Of a stretch of 64,000 nucleotides of DNA, positions 62,555 to 64,000 are shown in pieces (within the stretch, counting starts at the first letter, position 1; every line of letters starts with the position of its first letter). Both the position numbers and the translations under genes were made by a program. Source of the stretch: Peptococcaceae bacterium (GTDB lineage Bacteria; Bacillota; Peptococcia; DRI-13; PHAD01); NCBI GenBank assembly GCA_040767105.1, contig JAXGPE010000001.1, forward strand, positions 68,562 through 132,561, in the 5' to 3' direction. Below the pieces are notes generated by a model that was not told the origin of the DNA, made no database searches, and saw only the letters and a program-made list of their open reading frames with translations.

Positions 62555-63040
62555 TTATTTACTTGGACTGCAATCGCGCTTTTTTTGTTTATGCATTTCA
62601 TAACGGATTTTTCCTTCTTCGAAAGCGGAAATTTCCTCGGGAGAATTCAATTCCAAAGCCGGTACTTTGGCAGGCATACCTTTTTTATCGAGAGCGACCA
62701 TTGTGAAATAAGCCGAAAGGGCTCGCTTCCGGGGCTGGTCGGTTTCCATATCCTCGACTTCTACTGTCACAGCAACTTCCATAGAGCTCCTGCCAACGTA
62801 GATCAGGTGAGCATTGCAGGTGAGAAGCTCACCTACGAAGATGGGCAAATGAAAAACTAATTCGTCTACACGTGCTGTCACAGCATTCATGCGGGAATGT
62901 TTTCTGGCAACGACTCCGGCTGCTTCATCCATTATTTTCATTATATCCCCCCCATGGACGTTGCCGGCCGGGTTAGCTTGATTAGGCAGCATAACGTAAA
63001 CCATGCTGATTTTGGAGTCGGAAATAGGCTTCTTCATCAT
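62555..63040 (-). CDS. acyl-CoA thioesterase (hotdog fold, YciA/BFIT-like)
   Basis: ANPAGNVHGGDIMKIMDEAAG motif. Start moved to ATG 63040 (SD GAGGAGGG 7 nt upstream), because the tracked 5' extension runs into the promoter. Confidence 0.85.
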   Translation of the reverse strand: MMKKPISDSKISMVYVMLPNQANPAGNVHGGDIMKIMDEAAGVVARKHSRMNAVTARVDELVFHLPIFVGELLTCNAHLIYVGRSSMEVAVTVEVEDMETDQPRKRALSAYFTMVALDKKGMPAKVPALELNSPEEISAFEEGKIRYEMHKQKKRDCSPSK

Positions 63041-63080
63041 TTCAAAACCCTCCTCGAAAAATTCATGAGACATGATGAAC

Positions 63081-63110
63081 ATTATAGACATAAGAGACTT
63101 GAGGTGTCAA
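63081..63110 (-). promoter_or_regulatory. near-consensus sigma-A promoter of the thioesterase gene
   Basis: Minus strand TTGACA (63110-63105) - 18 nt - TATAAT (63086-63081). Confidence 0.65.
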
Positions 63111-63118
63111 GAGACCTT

Positions 63119-63167
63119 GTCTTACAGTAATTTGAGCGTTGTCTTACAGTAATTTGAGCGTTGTCTT
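63119..63167. repeat. 22-bp direct tandem repeat, 2.2 copies
   Basis: GTCTTACAGTAATTTGAGCGTT at 63119-63140 and 63141-63162 (identical), then the partial copy GTCTT at 63163-63167. Confidence 0.95.
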
Positions 63168-63168
63168 G

Positions 63169-64000
63169 TCAGAGATTGCTGCGCGGCGGACGGCCCATAT
63201 TATGACAACGGCGGTCGCTGTAAAAGACTGCTGTTTCAAGCAGAAAACTGCCACGCAGCAGACTTGTTTCACCAAAACGATTTTTGATTTCGTCATAGGT
63301 GTGGCAAAGTTTTTCTTGATTATCAAAAAGACAAAGCTGCCGTGACGAACTTATATTCAGATTGCCCACTGAGACACCGAGTAAGCGCACTGGCTTGCCT
63401 TCTGGCCAGTGTTCTTTGAAAAGTCCAAGTGCTTGCTTGTGAACTGTCCAGGGAAGATCTGTGGCTAGCCGGATACTTTTGGAACGGTGCAGGGAAGAAA
63501 AATCTGCCCCCCTGACAAACAAAGAAATCGTCCGTCCGGTGTAGAAACCAAGCCTTAATCTGCGGCAAACGGCCTCGGCAAGTTCCAACAAAACCAAAGA
63601 AATATCTTTGAGCTCGGAATAATCTTTTGGCAAAGTCAGCTGATGTCCTATGCTTTTAACACTGTCAAGCGAATTTGGATCCACGCTGCTGCTGTCGCGA
63701 CCGTTGGCGAACTGATATAGCTGTAAACCGATCAAACCGAAGCGGCTCTGCAATAAACTTGGAGGGCTTTGAGCCAAGTCGCCGATAGTTCTGAAACCCA
63801 TGCCGCGCAGATGCTTTTCCATTTGCCGCCCAACCCCGTAAAGTTCTTTTATCGGCAAAGGCCATAAACGTATCGAAACATCTTCGGCGGTGAGGATATT
63901 AAGCCCGTCAGGCTTTTCCAGCTCGGCGGCCATTTTGGCGACAACCTTGGAAGGACCGATGCCGATCGAACAGGTTATATGCAATTCTTCAGAAATACGT
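63169..64000 (-). CDS. dinB: DNA polymerase IV (Y-family), N-terminal part outside the window
   Basis: ITCSIGIGPSKVVAKMAAELEKPDGL, LPIKELYGVGRQMEKHLRGMGFRTIGDLA, FGLIGLQLYQFANGRD. The frame stays open to base 64000. Confidence 0.88.
   Translation of the reverse strand, partial: RISEELHITCSIGIGPSKVVAKMAAELEKPDGLNILTAEDVSIRLWPLPIKELYGVGRQMEKHLRGMGFRTIGDLAQSPPSLLQSRFGLIGLQLYQFANGRDSSSVDPNSLDSVKSIGHQLTLPKDYSELKDISLVLLELAEAVCRRLRLGFYTGRTISLFVRGADFSSLHRSKSIRLATDLPWTVHKQALGLFKEHWPEGKPVRLLGVSVGNLNISSSRQLCLFDNQEKLCHTYDEIKNRFGETSLLRGSFLLETAVFYSDRRCHNMGRPPRSNL

Noticed and set aside
63119-63167. Tandem repeat as a CRISPR array
   Set aside because: The copies are directly adjacent with no spacers, there are only 2.2 of them, and no cas genes are present.

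Overview
This 64-kb window looks like an ordinary chromosomal housekeeping segment of a low-GC Gram-positive anaerobe (Firmicutes/Clostridia-like gene order, perfect CIRCE operator, Bacillus-type pyr and rib operons). I recognised no rRNA, tRNA, CRISPR array, transposase, integrase, prophage or defence genes.

Gene content in order:
- nnr (5' truncated), alr, an asparaginase-II-like gene, tex, an amidohydrolase
- tsaE-tsaB-rimI-tsaD, a CNNM/CorC membrane protein, ridA-like, 5-formyl-THF cyclo-ligase
- CIRCE-groES-groEL
- a TetR regulator with an RND efflux pair, and a Lon-like protease
- hpt-guaA, paaK, an aminotransferase, and a purine PRT plus NCS2 permease
- thioredoxin-like plus ccdA, galE-galU-epimerase, a NapH-like 4Fe-4S membrane protein
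- leuS, csp
- FMN riboswitch-ribD-ribE-ribBA-ribH followed by a cyclase-family gene
- a TetR regulator with a three-gene acyl-CoA-dehydratase-activase-related cluster of unknown function
- an SdpI-like membrane protein and a TGS/uridine-kinase-like gene
- a PyrR-type attenuator followed by pyrB-pyrC-carA-carB-pyrK-pyrD-pyrF-pyrE
- a DUF401 transporter, cysK, a TIGR01212-type radical SAM gene, an AEC transporter, a rhomboid protease, an acyl-CoA thioesterase, and dinB (truncated at the window end)

The most striking sequence-level signal is damage to coding frames:
- Five or six otherwise conserved genes between 25 and 47 kb each carry a single-base frame break next to a short homopolymer.
- A ~1.9-kb stretch (about 54.75-56.68 kb) shreds pyrK, pyrD and the 5' half of pyrF into many frame fragments, while the flanking carB and pyrE are clean.
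- An assembly or sequencing artefact is the most economical explanation, but real pseudogenisation cannot be excluded from the sequence alone.

Other points worth a second look:
- the uncharacterised TetR-controlled activase-related cluster and its palindromic operator candidate
- a cyclase-family gene apparently co-transcribed with the riboswitch-controlled rib operon
- a Lon-like protease with a degenerate Walker A motif
- three tandem DnaA-box-like motifs
- a 22-bp tandem repeat just upstream of a near-consensus promoter
- apparent GATC enrichment

All calls rest on manual reading and motif recognition. No database search or computation was run.
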